Positions 1-9,680 of a stretch of 28,199 nt of DNA are shown here, one piece after another; position 1 is the stretch's first letter; every line of letters starts with the position of its first letter. The stretch is from a virus (Duplodnaviria > Caudoviricetes): positions 1 to 28,199 of IMG/VR virus record IMGVR_UViG_3300008097_000013; one strand, 5' to 3'. Below the pieces are notes generated by a model that was given only the letters and a program-made list of their open reading frames with translations, did no database searches and had not been told where the DNA came from. Made by a program: the position numbers and the translations under genes.

Positions 1-85
1 ACATCTTAATCTGTTCATTGATTAAGCTTTGGACTAGATTCTGCTCTGTAGAAGACCCTTGTAGGAAATAAGGATTTAATGCCAT
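1..85 (-). CDS. gp14: Neck protein gp14, 5' end only (runs off the window)
   Basis: ATG at 85-83 overlaps the gp13 stop (TAATG). It translates to MALNPYFLQGSSTEQNLVQSLINEQIKM, a typical cyanophage gp14 N-terminus, and lies directly after gp13. Not in the ORF track. Confidence 0.9.
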   Translation of the reverse strand, partial: MALNPYFLQGSSTEQNLVQSLINEQIKM

Positions 86-918
86 TAGCCTATCATATCA
101 AGAGGAGGAAGTTCATAAGTATTAGACATATTCTCTCTAATTCTTTCTAATTCTTTTTCTGCTTGCTCATACATTTCCATACCATTTAATTCTATTCCAC
201 CAGGTAATTTAACCCCTTGGAATTTGGACATATTTTGTCCCCACTGCCTCTTAATAAGAGCAGTAGCATATGGTTTTAAGAATGAATCATTCCATACTCT
301 AGGATAAGTTGATGGATCTAATAGAGTAAAACAATCTATAACCAGATAATCACCTACACTTACACTATCCCAATCTATATCCAAATATAATCTATCTTGT
401 CTCTTATTAAATCTAATCTGTTTCTCTGTAGTTAATAAGAAATTAATATCTTCTAGATATGTCTTTACCATTGCATATGAAAGAAGTTCAGTAGCACCCC
501 AATAATAAATGTCATTTAAGAATAACTGATACTTCACACTAAACATATTGTTAGTGATAGTATTACTTCCATCAAAATGGAATATCTTAGTGACTCCTAT
601 AACTTCTGGTGGAATTGGAAGATAGTTACTATTCTCAGTATAACTGAATTGAGTACTAACCCCAACAGTAGTATCTACTGTAGTAGTTGTTATACCTGCT
701 CCCCCTGTTGCTCTTCCCCTATCTTTATCTTCTTGTGTTATTACATATTTCCTATAACTCTGATATACACCATCAAAATGTCTTTCCTGAAAGAACTGAA
801 TAGCATCATCTATGATATCTTCTATTTGCTCGTCTGCAACATTAATTTCGAGCACAGGAGCACCTAACTGCCTCTTACAGTAGTCTATTAATTCCCCACG
901 TGTGCTTGGTTGCGCCAT
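85..918 (-). CDS. gp13: Neck (head completion) protein gp13
   Basis: 277 aa. N-terminal 'LIDYCKRQLGAPVLEINV..EQIEDIIDDAIQFF' and C-terminal 'KRQWGQNMSKFQGVKLPGGIELNG' match T4-like gp13, and it precedes gp14. Confidence 0.95.
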   Translation of the reverse strand: MAQPSTRGELIDYCKRQLGAPVLEINVADEQIEDIIDDAIQFFQERHFDGVYQSYRKYVITQEDKDRGRATGGAGITTTTVDTTVGVSTQFSYTENSNYLPIPPEVIGVTKIFHFDGSNTITNNMFSVKYQLFLNDIYYWGATELLSYAMVKTYLEDINFLLTTEKQIRFNKRQDRLYLDIDWDSVSVGDYLVIDCFTLLDPSTYPRVWNDSFLKPYATALIKRQWGQNMSKFQGVKLPGGIELNGMEMYEQAEKELERIRENMSNTYELPPLDMIG

Positions 919-942
919 TTATCTACTTTACTAGTATAAGAT

Positions 943-949
943 TATTTAG
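943..949 (-). promoter_or_regulatory. T4-type late promoter CTAAATA for gp13-gp14
   Basis: TATTTAG on + reads CTAAATA on -, about 25 nt upstream of the gp13 ATG. Its TAA is the stop codon of the upstream gene. Confidence 0.75.
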
Positions 950-1335
950 GAAGGAGCAGAAGAGATACCTGCTATAACTAACACATCTCCTGATACTATT
1001 CTATAAACTGATGAACCAGAACCTATTAAAACATCATATACATACCTACCTTCTGATAAAGTTCTAGTATCAGTGGAACCTAATGATAATCTAAATTCTC
1101 CACCTTTAGCACTAGTAAATCCAACTTCAAAGGTTCTTAGTGCATATGCAGATGAACCTATTGCTACACTCTTAGCAAGCTGAGCAGAACCAGTATATCC
1201 AGTAAAATCAAAAGCAGTACCAGAAGTACCAACTACAGTATAGTCAGCATCTAAATCTGCTCCTGTATTAATGGTCAGATTTACACCATAGGCAACACCT
1301 GCACTAGGGTCAAAAGTAAGAGTGTTTTTAGCCAT
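946..1335 (-). CDS. Probable virion structural protein (small beta-rich; YVYDV motif)
   Basis: 129 aa with 'DFTGYTGSAQL' and 'LSEGRYVYDVLI..G.V.V', a pattern seen in small phage baseplate/tail accessory proteins. Located in the late operon and overlaps the upstream gene. Confidence 0.75.
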   Translation of the reverse strand: MAKNTLTFDPSAGVAYGVNLTINTGADLDADYTVVGTSGTAFDFTGYTGSAQLAKSVAIGSSAYALRTFEVGFTSAKGGEFRLSLGSTDTRTLSEGRYVYDVLIGSGSSVYRIVSGDVLVIAGISSAPS

Positions 1336-1549
1336 TAGATAGTGCTCTTAGTAAAGTTTTAATTTCATTAATATCATCCTTTAAAGATTTCAAATCATTC
1401 TCCATATTATCTATTTTATCTGTTCCTTCTTTCCTTTTGGCACGCATTCTGATGTAATTTTCATATTCACTTGTATCATTATTTAAAATAGCACCTGTGC
1501 TATTATCTCTAATTAGATCAGAATGTCCTTCTACATTTGTATAATTCAT
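1328..1549 (-). CDS. Small hypothetical protein with C-terminal coiled coil
   Basis: 'VEGHSDLIRDNSTGAILN...LKDDINEIKTLLRAL'. The ATG at 1549, just after the stop of the 2707-aa gene, is preferred to the TTG at 1558; 73 aa. Confidence 0.8.
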   Translation of the reverse strand: MNYTNVEGHSDLIRDNSTGAILNNDTSEYENYIRMRAKRKEGTDKIDNMENDLKSLKDDINEIKTLLRALSNG

Positions 1550-1550
1550 A

Positions 1551-4500
1551 TTAAGCAAGAGCCAAGACTCTAAGATTTTTCATTCTAGGTGGTTGTGCCT
1601 GATTAGTACCAGTTCCTACCAATTTAATACTAAAATGTCTAAAAGTAGGAAGATTGTCTATAGTCCACTCATAATCATTCCAAATTACCTGTTCTGATGT
1701 ATATGCTATAACATCTGTTTTAGCAGTCAATTTATCAGGTAATCCATCATTTTTTGCAGGATCTATAATTTGACCAGTAGATAATAAATTATTATAACCA
1801 GGGAATGGTTGATAAACTAATTCATCATTAGGATCTTCTAATAATGCATAGAATGCTCTAACATCACTAGTAATATTGATATGAGCTTCTAAATGAATTT
1901 TAATGGATGTAGATCCATTTTCTAAAGTAACTGGTTGAGATGCATAAACAAATGCATTAGGATCATTCTCAAGAGTATTAACTCTATTATCAGTAATCCA
2001 ATTAGTAACTGGATTATTTACCCTATTAGAAGTAAATATCATAGCAACTCTATCAAGATCTATTATAGGAGAAACTGCTGGATTGTCACTTTCTAAAGCT
2101 AAATTCAAAGTAAATGATTTATTATCAGGAAGATTTGCTAAGGAAGTAGTTTCATTAATTCTAGAAGCAATCATTCTAGGAGTAGACATGAAATTATCAG
2201 TAGTTAAACTAATATCTTCAAATCCTTGATCCTGATAAGGTACTTCAGATCCATCTATGCTAGATCCTGTAATAGTTCTAATCTGACCTGTTACATTAGT
2301 TTTAACTGGAGTTATATGTTGAACTATAGGAGTTATAACTTCAAATGGTATATTATCAGTAGCATAACTACCTTCTCCACCTGAAGACTTAGTATCATTA
2401 AAGTGAAGAATTGGAAGACTTGTGCCAACTGATCTATCTACCCCATTAGCAGAAGTATCAATCTTAACATTATAATGATCAATACCTATACTATTAGAAA
2501 CAGTAGAACTTGAAAGATTATGGTCAGTATTAATTCTTCTCAAAGATACACCGTTTAATTCATACTTATGAACATAATCACCATCAGAATGAGTTAATGT
2601 CTTGGTAGAATCAACTCCTCTACTAACACCAGTTAAGGTATTGTTGGTTACTCCAGTGTAAGATAAAATTTCACTACCTACCTTAACATAACCTAAGTTA
2701 GTAGAACCAACACCTACATTTTCAAAGGAAGTAAAGTCAGTTCCATCATCTAATATAATAGAACCTGTAGATGTAGAATCATAATCTGCTGCTAATTTTG
2801 TAGGTGCAATATCAGACTGTACATCTGCAAATGTAACTACATCTTTAATTGTATGCATACCATGATTCTTCTGATTAATCTTTATATGAAGACCATCATT
2901 AACTGTTACAGGAGAACCTGATAACCAAACATTTCCTCCAGCAGTGTAATTTAGAATAGTGGTTCCTGAACCAGCAATATACTGCATTGTTTTACCAACA
3001 CCAGTAGAAAATTCTCCCTGAACATTATCAAGAGTAAACTCATTAACTCCACTAAGAGTAGCAATAGAGAATTGAATATCTTTTCCTAAGGAAGTTAATC
3101 CTACAGTAGATACTCCAACTATATCACCTATAGCATATCCACTACCACCATTAACCACAGTTGCAGCAACTGCTACTCCATTGGTTATGGTCATATTTAA
3201 TGTTCCATTTCTTCCATTTCCAGTCTGAGTAACCATAGGAACATGATTATATGTTTCACTACCAGAAGAAGGAGTATATCCAACACCAGCATTAGTAATA
3301 GTCAAATTACCATTTGCTGTTCCTGCTGAACCTACATAATTTCCTGTGGCATTACTACCCATTTGTTGAATAGTATTACCTAAAGTTAATCCAGTATCAG
3401 AAATAGTAGTGTTAAATCCTATTCTTACTTTATTTGCAGTGATTTCAAATGAATCTTTACGTAATGCATTAATATCATCAGAATAACTGAATAGACTTGG
3501 ATTTACAAAATTAATGTTTCCTTGTGGTTCACTGAAGGATGCTCTGTAAAGAGTAAACTTAAGATCTTCCCACTGACTTGGATTCCAAGTTTCTCCATTT
3601 TGTGATTTAAACAATGAACCTAAAGTAGGTTGAGATGATACTAAGAGTTGTTCAGATTCTGCAAGGTTACGAGTCTGAATATCAGTTTCACCTACACGTG
3701 CTATCCAAGTACTATAATTAGAACTTACTGAAAGTAATACAACAGCATAAGTTTGACCTGGAGATAGGTAAACTGGAGATGGGAATATTACTGGAGTAAC
3801 TTCTGTAGAATCATCAGATAAGAAAACATTTTCAGGTTCTAATATAACTTCACCAAAAGGAATAACTTCATCAGTTGGCATTCCTAATTTCACTGTTCTT
3901 AATTGAACTATTAATGGCAATGTTTCATCTTTAGTTGCCATGAATAAATCTAATCTAGTGATAAACACACCAGTTTCATTTTGTACAAAGAAAGTTTGGG
4001 CAAGAGGGTCTGTTTTGTTAGCACAAATATTACCTTGCTTCTTATGTCTATCAGGATCTGCATTCTTCCAATATTCATTAGCACCTTTCCAATCATCACC
4101 TGCCTTTTCTTTAGCTTTAACTTCCTGTTGAGCGTCAAAGTGTCTATTTAATTCTTTAGCAATAGTAGCTTCAGCAGCCTTATATGCTAGATTGCTTTTT
4201 CCAGCTGCTAGAACTTTCATAGCAGCTGCTGTTTTAGGATTTTTTGCTAAATCCTTTTTCCAATAAGCTTTACCAGCACCATCAGGTGCTCTACCAAGTC
4301 TATCATTATAGACTTTATCAAAAACATCTAAATTGCTAGGAGCAACAAAAGCTACCTTTCTTCCAGCACCAGTTCCACCTTTTCCTGTATTTGTTAAAAG
4401 TCCAGTAGTGTTTGTATCAGACTTATCTTTCTTAACAGCAGCATTAAAAGCATCATAACTGTTATATACTGTTAGATTTTGGTCTTTAATAACTTGTTGA

Positions 4501-7500
4501 CTATTAACAGTCTCCTTACCATATTCATTAGCTACATTAATTACCTTTCCATCCTGAACCTGAACAAGTGCTCCTTCTACATAATCAGAATTATTAGTTT
4601 GTACTGACCAACTCTGTCTTTGAGGTGGATTAAAATCTTGACTATCAGATCCTATCTTAGAAGTAGATGTGGTTGTATAAGTACCTCCTCCACCACTAGT
4701 ACTACTTCTAGTTTCAGTTTGTATTTGTGTATGGGTATTAATATTTCTAACAGTAATAATAGTAGACTGCATAGTCTTAATAGTACCAGTAGAATCAAAT
4801 GTTTGAGAAGCATCAGTTCCCACATTTAAAGCATTTTGACTATTGGTATTACTGCTAGTAAGTCTAAAGACTTTTTTGCCACATTCAAATTTAGGAGTAG
4901 TTATATCATTAGGATTGGGTATGAAGAATGATCCTCTTACACTTCCTAAATTATCAGTTCTCAAACTAAGAGATGTGATAGTTGCTTGAGCACTAGATGT
5001 TTGTCCTACTAATTTAAGTCCTTTTTCTACATATCCATGATAAGTATTTTTAGATTTATCCGATAAACTTAATGTATCTACATTAATAAGATTTGAAGTA
5101 GTAGAATATTCTGCAGGAACAAGAAGAGTATCTGATGATACATCATCTGTAGATCCGTTAGGTGATGTTGGTAATATACTATCAATTAAAACAGATCCTC
5201 TCCTAAGGGGAGTAGAACTATAATATGGATTAGTATTATATACTGCTCCAGGATCATCATAAGGACCTAATTTATGATTAGATACAGCAACTCTAAATCT
5301 AATTAATTCCTTACCATCTTTAGTTGTTCCTATAACAGTTTCACCTACTTCAAAGGTTCCAGTAACCATAGAAATTTCAATAAGTTTTGGAACTATAAAC
5401 TTATTAACATTTTCACCATCAAAGAAACCGAACACATTAGTGACTGGTTTTAAACCCTTACAAGAGAAATCTATATTTCTAGATCTCATGTAAGGAGTTA
5501 GAGATGTATTAATTACCTTTGGTCCATCGTTAATAGTACTAAAGGTTTCTCTCTTTATAGATCTCTTTGCTTCTCTCTTTTGTTTAATTTTAGTAGCATT
5601 TCTTCTAAATGTAGTTGTTGTAGTTCGATATTGAGATCTTTCTCTATATCCAGAACGATTCTGCCATCCACCCCAATGAGTATTACTACTAGAACCAATC
5701 TTAGTACTACTACCTCCACCAGTCCAAGTAGTTTTCCAACCACCCCATACTACTGGACTATAACCAGTATCTGGGTCCCATCCACCTTTTTTAACTTGTT
5801 CGCTAGTTTGTGAATATGTTGTCTGACTTTCTTTTTTGGCATCTAAAACAACTTGATCCATCCATACATCTGAAGATGGAGTTAATAAAATAGAACCACC
5901 AAAATAGTTGATAAGGAAAGGTGTTACACTTTCAGTTTTTGTAGCAAATGTTTGTCTAACAAAAGGTACATTATCATAGTTTAAAGATATTACCCTACCA
6001 GTTTGTCTAATTCCATTAGCACTATTCAGATCTAATTCTAAATCAAGTTCGGTAGTATATGGAGAAGGTCTAAGTTCTCCATTTTCAAAATCAATACTAT
6101 TTTTTACAATAGTTTTCTTAAGTTGACTTTCAGTATCAGAAAAATCATCTACAAAAAATCCAGATTTAAACCGATTTAAACCATCAGTATCGGTAATCTG
6201 CATATTTAAAGTATCTCTTTCTAATAATGAAAGAGAAGTATAATATTCTAAACTTTCAATTCTCTTTTCCAATCTATTGATATCACTCATTTGATATCTC
6301 TTATATTCTGCTAAACTAATATCTACATCATTAATATCATAAAGATATGCAGGTAAAGAAATAGAAGCAACTTCTAAAGCTCCATCAACAGAATTTGGAT
6401 CTTCTGGAGTTTCTGCGGGAATTCCTTTCATTAATTGGAATGTTCCCCCTTTAGTTAAATAAATCTTATCTAATCTAGGAAGATAGAAAGAATAATCTAA
6501 TAATATTGATTCATCTGATGCTAAAATATTTTGAGCTGAATTTCCTGATGCAGTAAAGGATCTTCCTAAAAATTCAAAAGGAGAACGAGATGTTCCTGAA
6601 AATTCAGAAACTCTTGGTCTTATATCAATAATATCACTTACATTAGCATCATTAATTATAGGAAGATCTTTATACGTAAAATTATCATATGAACTAACAG
6701 TAGTAATATCTCCAGTATCTGATGCTGTAAAGTATGCAGATTCAAAAACTATTGCCAATCTCTTAGATGGAGAATTAAATCCAGATTTTCTGGTTATTCT
6801 AGCATAATCGTAAATAGTATCTCTTTGTCCATCATCATATTCAAATCTATCAGTAATATTATTAGCACCTAAAGATGTGGAAGATACTGTAGCTGTAATA
6901 CCAGATTCTTCAAAAGTTACAGTTTCATTTAATTGAAAAGTATAATCATTTAAAGAAAGATAACAAGCTGTAGTGTCATCATATTTTTGGACATAAATTC
7001 CTTTTGCTTTACTATCTGTTCCTACAAATTTTTCTCCTATTAACAAATCACCAGTTTTGCCAGTAGAACTATTAATAGCACTTAAAGACACTTTAGGAAA
7101 CACAGGATTATTAGTGTTACTAGATTCTAATACTCCATAGACAACTGTAGCATCTGGAACATTTAAAGAAATTTCTTCATCTTGAACTCTAGTTCCATAA
7201 ACAGAATTCCATGTTAATCCATCATTTAAAGTAGTAGAACCAATACCAGAAGAAGTATTAGCAGATCCTACTACAGTAACTACATTAATTTTTTGTCTTT
7301 CTTTAATTTTTGCTTTTACGTTTATTTTTCTTAAAGTAGCTATCAATTTAGCAGGACCATTTCCAGTTAAACCATTAATTGTAATTTCAGTAGAACCTGT
7401 ATTAAAATTGATCTTATCTGTAGATAAAGATTCTGTAGTACCATCTGTTCTTATTAGAACATATCTTTCTTCATCATAAGATAAAAATGTTTCATTAGCA

Positions 7501-9674
7501 CTACCACTACTAATAGCTCCAGTTGAAGAATCTGTAATGGTTACATCAAACTGTTTTCTAATAGTAATATTGCTACCTGTTAAATCTACATTTTGAATAT
7601 CAGTCTTAGGTAACTTAGTATATAAAGTATTATCTGTAGAAGATTGAAATTGTGAAGTAAGGATTTTAAAATCAGATGGATTAATAGCTCCAGAAGTAGC
7701 ATCTCCAGCTATTACTGTAGGTAATCCACCCTCACATATACCAGCAACAGTTGTTACACCAGAAATAGTTAAAGAGTGTTGAGAAACACTTTCAACTCTA
7801 GCATATGAAGTAGTATTTAATCCAGGATTAGTATATTCTACTATATTACCAACTGTAGCAATTCCGCTAAAGAATTTATTAGGGTTAGTACTAGTAACAG
7901 TTGAAATTCCTAAAGATGCTCCTGAAGTGGTAGCAGAACTAACATTAACTTCCCCAAAAGTAAATAAAGTACTTTGTTTTACATCTGAATTAAAAGTACT
8001 TGCTGTACTTACAGTTCCATGAATAGATTTAATATCACTAGTATTATAAGATGTTGCTCCAGCAGCAATATTTCCACTCAATTCCCCATTAAAAATTAAT
8101 TGCTCTCCAGCAATAAAGGTTCCTTTAGTATTATAAGCAGTAAGTGCAGCACCAACAGCATTGTGTCTCAAATATCCAGTAGCACCACTAGATTTTCCTT
8201 TAATATGAGTTGGAACAAATAATCCATTTGCAGGACTAGTATTTAAAGTTATTTCAGTATAAGGTTGAATATCATAAAGAGCAATATCCCATTCATTGAT
8301 ATTAGCATTTGATGCATCATAAGAACCAGATTCTAAAGCAAAATCATATACACGTGCTACTCCAATTTCTTTACCAGCAGCAGTAGTAGATGCAGAGCCT
8401 ACTCTCTGATCTCTTAAACTTACTGTATAATCAGTACCTAATCCTATTATAGGTGATCCTGATACGTTGGTTAATGTAAATGTAGGTCCTGTGACATAAT
8501 TAATACTTTGATTTTCTAAAAGTTTAGTAGTTCTTGGCTTTTCAAAATCTAAGAAAGCTGGAACTATAGTTTCTACTTCATAACCTTCAATATAAGCTTT
8601 TCCTGGAGATAATTTATATGTTCCTAATTCTTCACTAGGAGTGTTATTATTATAAGTTGTTTGATCTTCTGAAAATATTCCATTATTTCCTTCAAAATTA
8701 TTTAATGTATTTCTAGCATTAAGAGAAAAAGGTGTAACATAATAATTACCAGACTCATCAAAAGTCCTCCTAGCAAATTCTTTAGATAGATCATTATATT
8801 GAGATTTATTTTGAGAAGAAGAAACAATTCCACCAAGTACTTCCATCAATTCGATGAAATTAGGAGTACCTAATTCATCAATATCAACAGCTTCTAATCT
8901 TAACTCTATTCTCAATCTGTCAGATCCTGGTGCAGTATAATTACTAAATCCAGCAGCATTATCAGCTAAATCTGGATCTATATCAGAATTAATAACATTT
9001 TCTAAAACTCTAAGACCAACTCTAGCATCAACACTATTAATAAAAGGACTTAATATAATTGTTTGTTCTTCAACTTCGATAAAATGTCCTCTTGCAAAAT
9101 AAATTCCTTCAGATAAAACAGCTGCACATCCAATAAAACTACATGCAGGACTAGTTACCAACTGAGCTACTGCTTCTCCTGGTTGAAATAGTATATTCTC
9201 CCTAGTAGTATTAAAAGGTTCTCCATCCAAAAGTAAACTTTCACCAGGAAGACATTCTGCATTATTATCAGATCCACTATTTAAATAATTTACAAATAAA
9301 ACATAAGAATTGTCAGGATATATATCAGTCATATATCCTTTAATTTGTACTTTTAATCCAGACTCACTACCTATTAAAAATTTATCTTGAAGATCATATA
9401 AGTATTTTTCTACATCTAATCCCTGATTTACTGATTGTATTTTTATAGAATTATAAGCATTAGAAAATTTAATTCCCCCACCAGTGACAGAACTACCTTC
9501 TTTAAAAACATGACTACCAAACTTTTCAATCTGATTCTGAAGAATAGATTGAACTCCAGTCAATTCTCTAGCTTGTACTGGAAATCCAGGTTTAAATAAT
9601 ATTTTATAATACTGGTCATCTGCATTAAAATCGTCAAAATAAGGAGCGACGTTTAAATTTGTTTCCTGTGGCAT
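1551..9674 (-). CDS. Large virion structural protein (DUF4815/VrlC-like baseplate/tail-associated)
   Basis: 2707 aa. N-terminus 'NLNVAPYFDDF...ILFKPGFPVQARELT..QSILQNQIEKFGSHVFKEGS', internal 'RLEKRIESLEYYTSLSLLE...RFKSGFFVDDF', 'DPLAQTF' and 'GSLFKSQNG..W...QWEDLKF' motifs. It sits after gp8, as in cyanomyoviruses. Confidence 0.85.
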   Translation of the reverse strand: MPQETNLNVAPYFDDFNADDQYYKILFKPGFPVQARELTGVQSILQNQIEKFGSHVFKEGSSVTGGGIKFSNAYNSIKIQSVNQGLDVEKYLYDLQDKFLIGSESGLKVQIKGYMTDIYPDNSYVLFVNYLNSGSDNNAECLPGESLLLDGEPFNTTRENILFQPGEAVAQLVTSPACSFIGCAAVLSEGIYFARGHFIEVEEQTIILSPFINSVDARVGLRVLENVINSDIDPDLADNAAGFSNYTAPGSDRLRIELRLEAVDIDELGTPNFIELMEVLGGIVSSSQNKSQYNDLSKEFARRTFDESGNYYVTPFSLNARNTLNNFEGNNGIFSEDQTTYNNNTPSEELGTYKLSPGKAYIEGYEVETIVPAFLDFEKPRTTKLLENQSINYVTGPTFTLTNVSGSPIIGLGTDYTVSLRDQRVGSASTTAAGKEIGVARVYDFALESGSYDASNANINEWDIALYDIQPYTEITLNTSPANGLFVPTHIKGKSSGATGYLRHNAVGAALTAYNTKGTFIAGEQLIFNGELSGNIAAGATSYNTSDIKSIHGTVSTASTFNSDVKQSTLFTFGEVNVSSATTSGASLGISTVTSTNPNKFFSGIATVGNIVEYTNPGLNTTSYARVESVSQHSLTISGVTTVAGICEGGLPTVIAGDATSGAINPSDFKILTSQFQSSTDNTLYTKLPKTDIQNVDLTGSNITIRKQFDVTITDSSTGAISSGSANETFLSYDEERYVLIRTDGTTESLSTDKINFNTGSTEITINGLTGNGPAKLIATLRKINVKAKIKERQKINVVTVVGSANTSSGIGSTTLNDGLTWNSVYGTRVQDEEISLNVPDATVVYGVLESSNTNNPVFPKVSLSAINSSTGKTGDLLIGEKFVGTDSKAKGIYVQKYDDTTACYLSLNDYTFQLNETVTFEESGITATVSSTSLGANNITDRFEYDDGQRDTIYDYARITRKSGFNSPSKRLAIVFESAYFTASDTGDITTVSSYDNFTYKDLPIINDANVSDIIDIRPRVSEFSGTSRSPFEFLGRSFTASGNSAQNILASDESILLDYSFYLPRLDKIYLTKGGTFQLMKGIPAETPEDPNSVDGALEVASISLPAYLYDINDVDISLAEYKRYQMSDINRLEKRIESLEYYTSLSLLERDTLNMQITDTDGLNRFKSGFFVDDFSDTESQLKKTIVKNSIDFENGELRPSPYTTELDLELDLNSANGIRQTGRVISLNYDNVPFVRQTFATKTESVTPFLINYFGGSILLTPSSDVWMDQVVLDAKKESQTTYSQTSEQVKKGGWDPDTGYSPVVWGGWKTTWTGGGSSTKIGSSSNTHWGGWQNRSGYRERSQYRTTTTTFRRNATKIKQKREAKRSIKRETFSTINDGPKVINTSLTPYMRSRNIDFSCKGLKPVTNVFGFFDGENVNKFIVPKLIEISMVTGTFEVGETVIGTTKDGKELIRFRVAVSNHKLGPYDDPGAVYNTNPYYSSTPLRRGSVLIDSILPTSPNGSTDDVSSDTLLVPAEYSTTSNLINVDTLSLSDKSKNTYHGYVEKGLKLVGQTSSAQATITSLSLRTDNLGSVRGSFFIPNPNDITTPKFECGKKVFRLTSSNTNSQNALNVGTDASQTFDSTGTIKTMQSTIITVRNINTHTQIQTETRSSTSGGGGTYTTTSTSKIGSDSQDFNPPQRQSWSVQTNNSDYVEGALVQVQDGKVINVANEYGKETVNSQQVIKDQNLTVYNSYDAFNAAVKKDKSDTNTTGLLTNTGKGGTGAGRKVAFVAPSNLDVFDKVYNDRLGRAPDGAGKAYWKKDLAKNPKTAAAMKVLAAGKSNLAYKAAEATIAKELNRHFDAQQEVKAKEKAGDDWKGANEYWKNADPDRHKKQGNICANKTDPLAQTFFVQNETGVFITRLDLFMATKDETLPLIVQLRTVKLGMPTDEVIPFGEVILEPENVFLSDDSTEVTPVIFPSPVYLSPGQTYAVVLLSVSSNYSTWIARVGETDIQTRNLAESEQLLVSSQPTLGSLFKSQNGETWNPSQWEDLKFTLYRASFSEPQGNINFVNPSLFSYSDDINALRKDSFEITANKVRIGFNTTISDTGLTLGNTIQQMGSNATGNYVGSAGTANGNLTITNAGVGYTPSSGSETYNHVPMVTQTGNGRNGTLNMTITNGVAVAATVVNGGSGYAIGDIVGVSTVGLTSLGKDIQFSIATLSGVNEFTLDNVQGEFSTGVGKTMQYIAGSGTTILNYTAGGNVWLSGSPVTVNDGLHIKINQKNHGMHTIKDVVTFADVQSDIAPTKLAADYDSTSTGSIILDDGTDFTSFENVGVGSTNLGYVKVGSEILSYTGVTNNTLTGVSRGVDSTKTLTHSDGDYVHKYELNGVSLRRINTDHNLSSSTVSNSIGIDHYNVKIDTSANGVDRSVGTSLPILHFNDTKSSGGEGSYATDNIPFEVITPIVQHITPVKTNVTGQIRTITGSSIDGSEVPYQDQGFEDISLTTDNFMSTPRMIASRINETTSLANLPDNKSFTLNLALESDNPAVSPIIDLDRVAMIFTSNRVNNPVTNWITDNRVNTLENDPNAFVYASQPVTLENGSTSIKIHLEAHINITSDVRAFYALLEDPNDELVYQPFPGYNNLLSTGQIIDPAKNDGLPDKLTAKTDVIAYTSEQVIWNDYEWTIDNLPTFRHFSIKLVGTGTNQAQPPRMKNLRVLALA

Positions 9675-9680
9675 GATTCT

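Noticed and set aside
577-867. 96-aa plus-strand ORF
   Set aside because: Fully antisense to the well-supported gp13, with shadow-ORF composition.
3940-5813. Five short ORFs (3940-4131, 3950-4138, 4620-4829, 5555-5743, 5580-5813)
   Set aside because: Nested in or antisense to the 2707-aa gene, with no expression signals. They are explained by locally biased codons.
9675-9680. Absence of recognisable gp9-gp12/wac after gp8
   Set aside because: Normal for T4-like cyanophages, where a large structural gene occupies this position; not novel.
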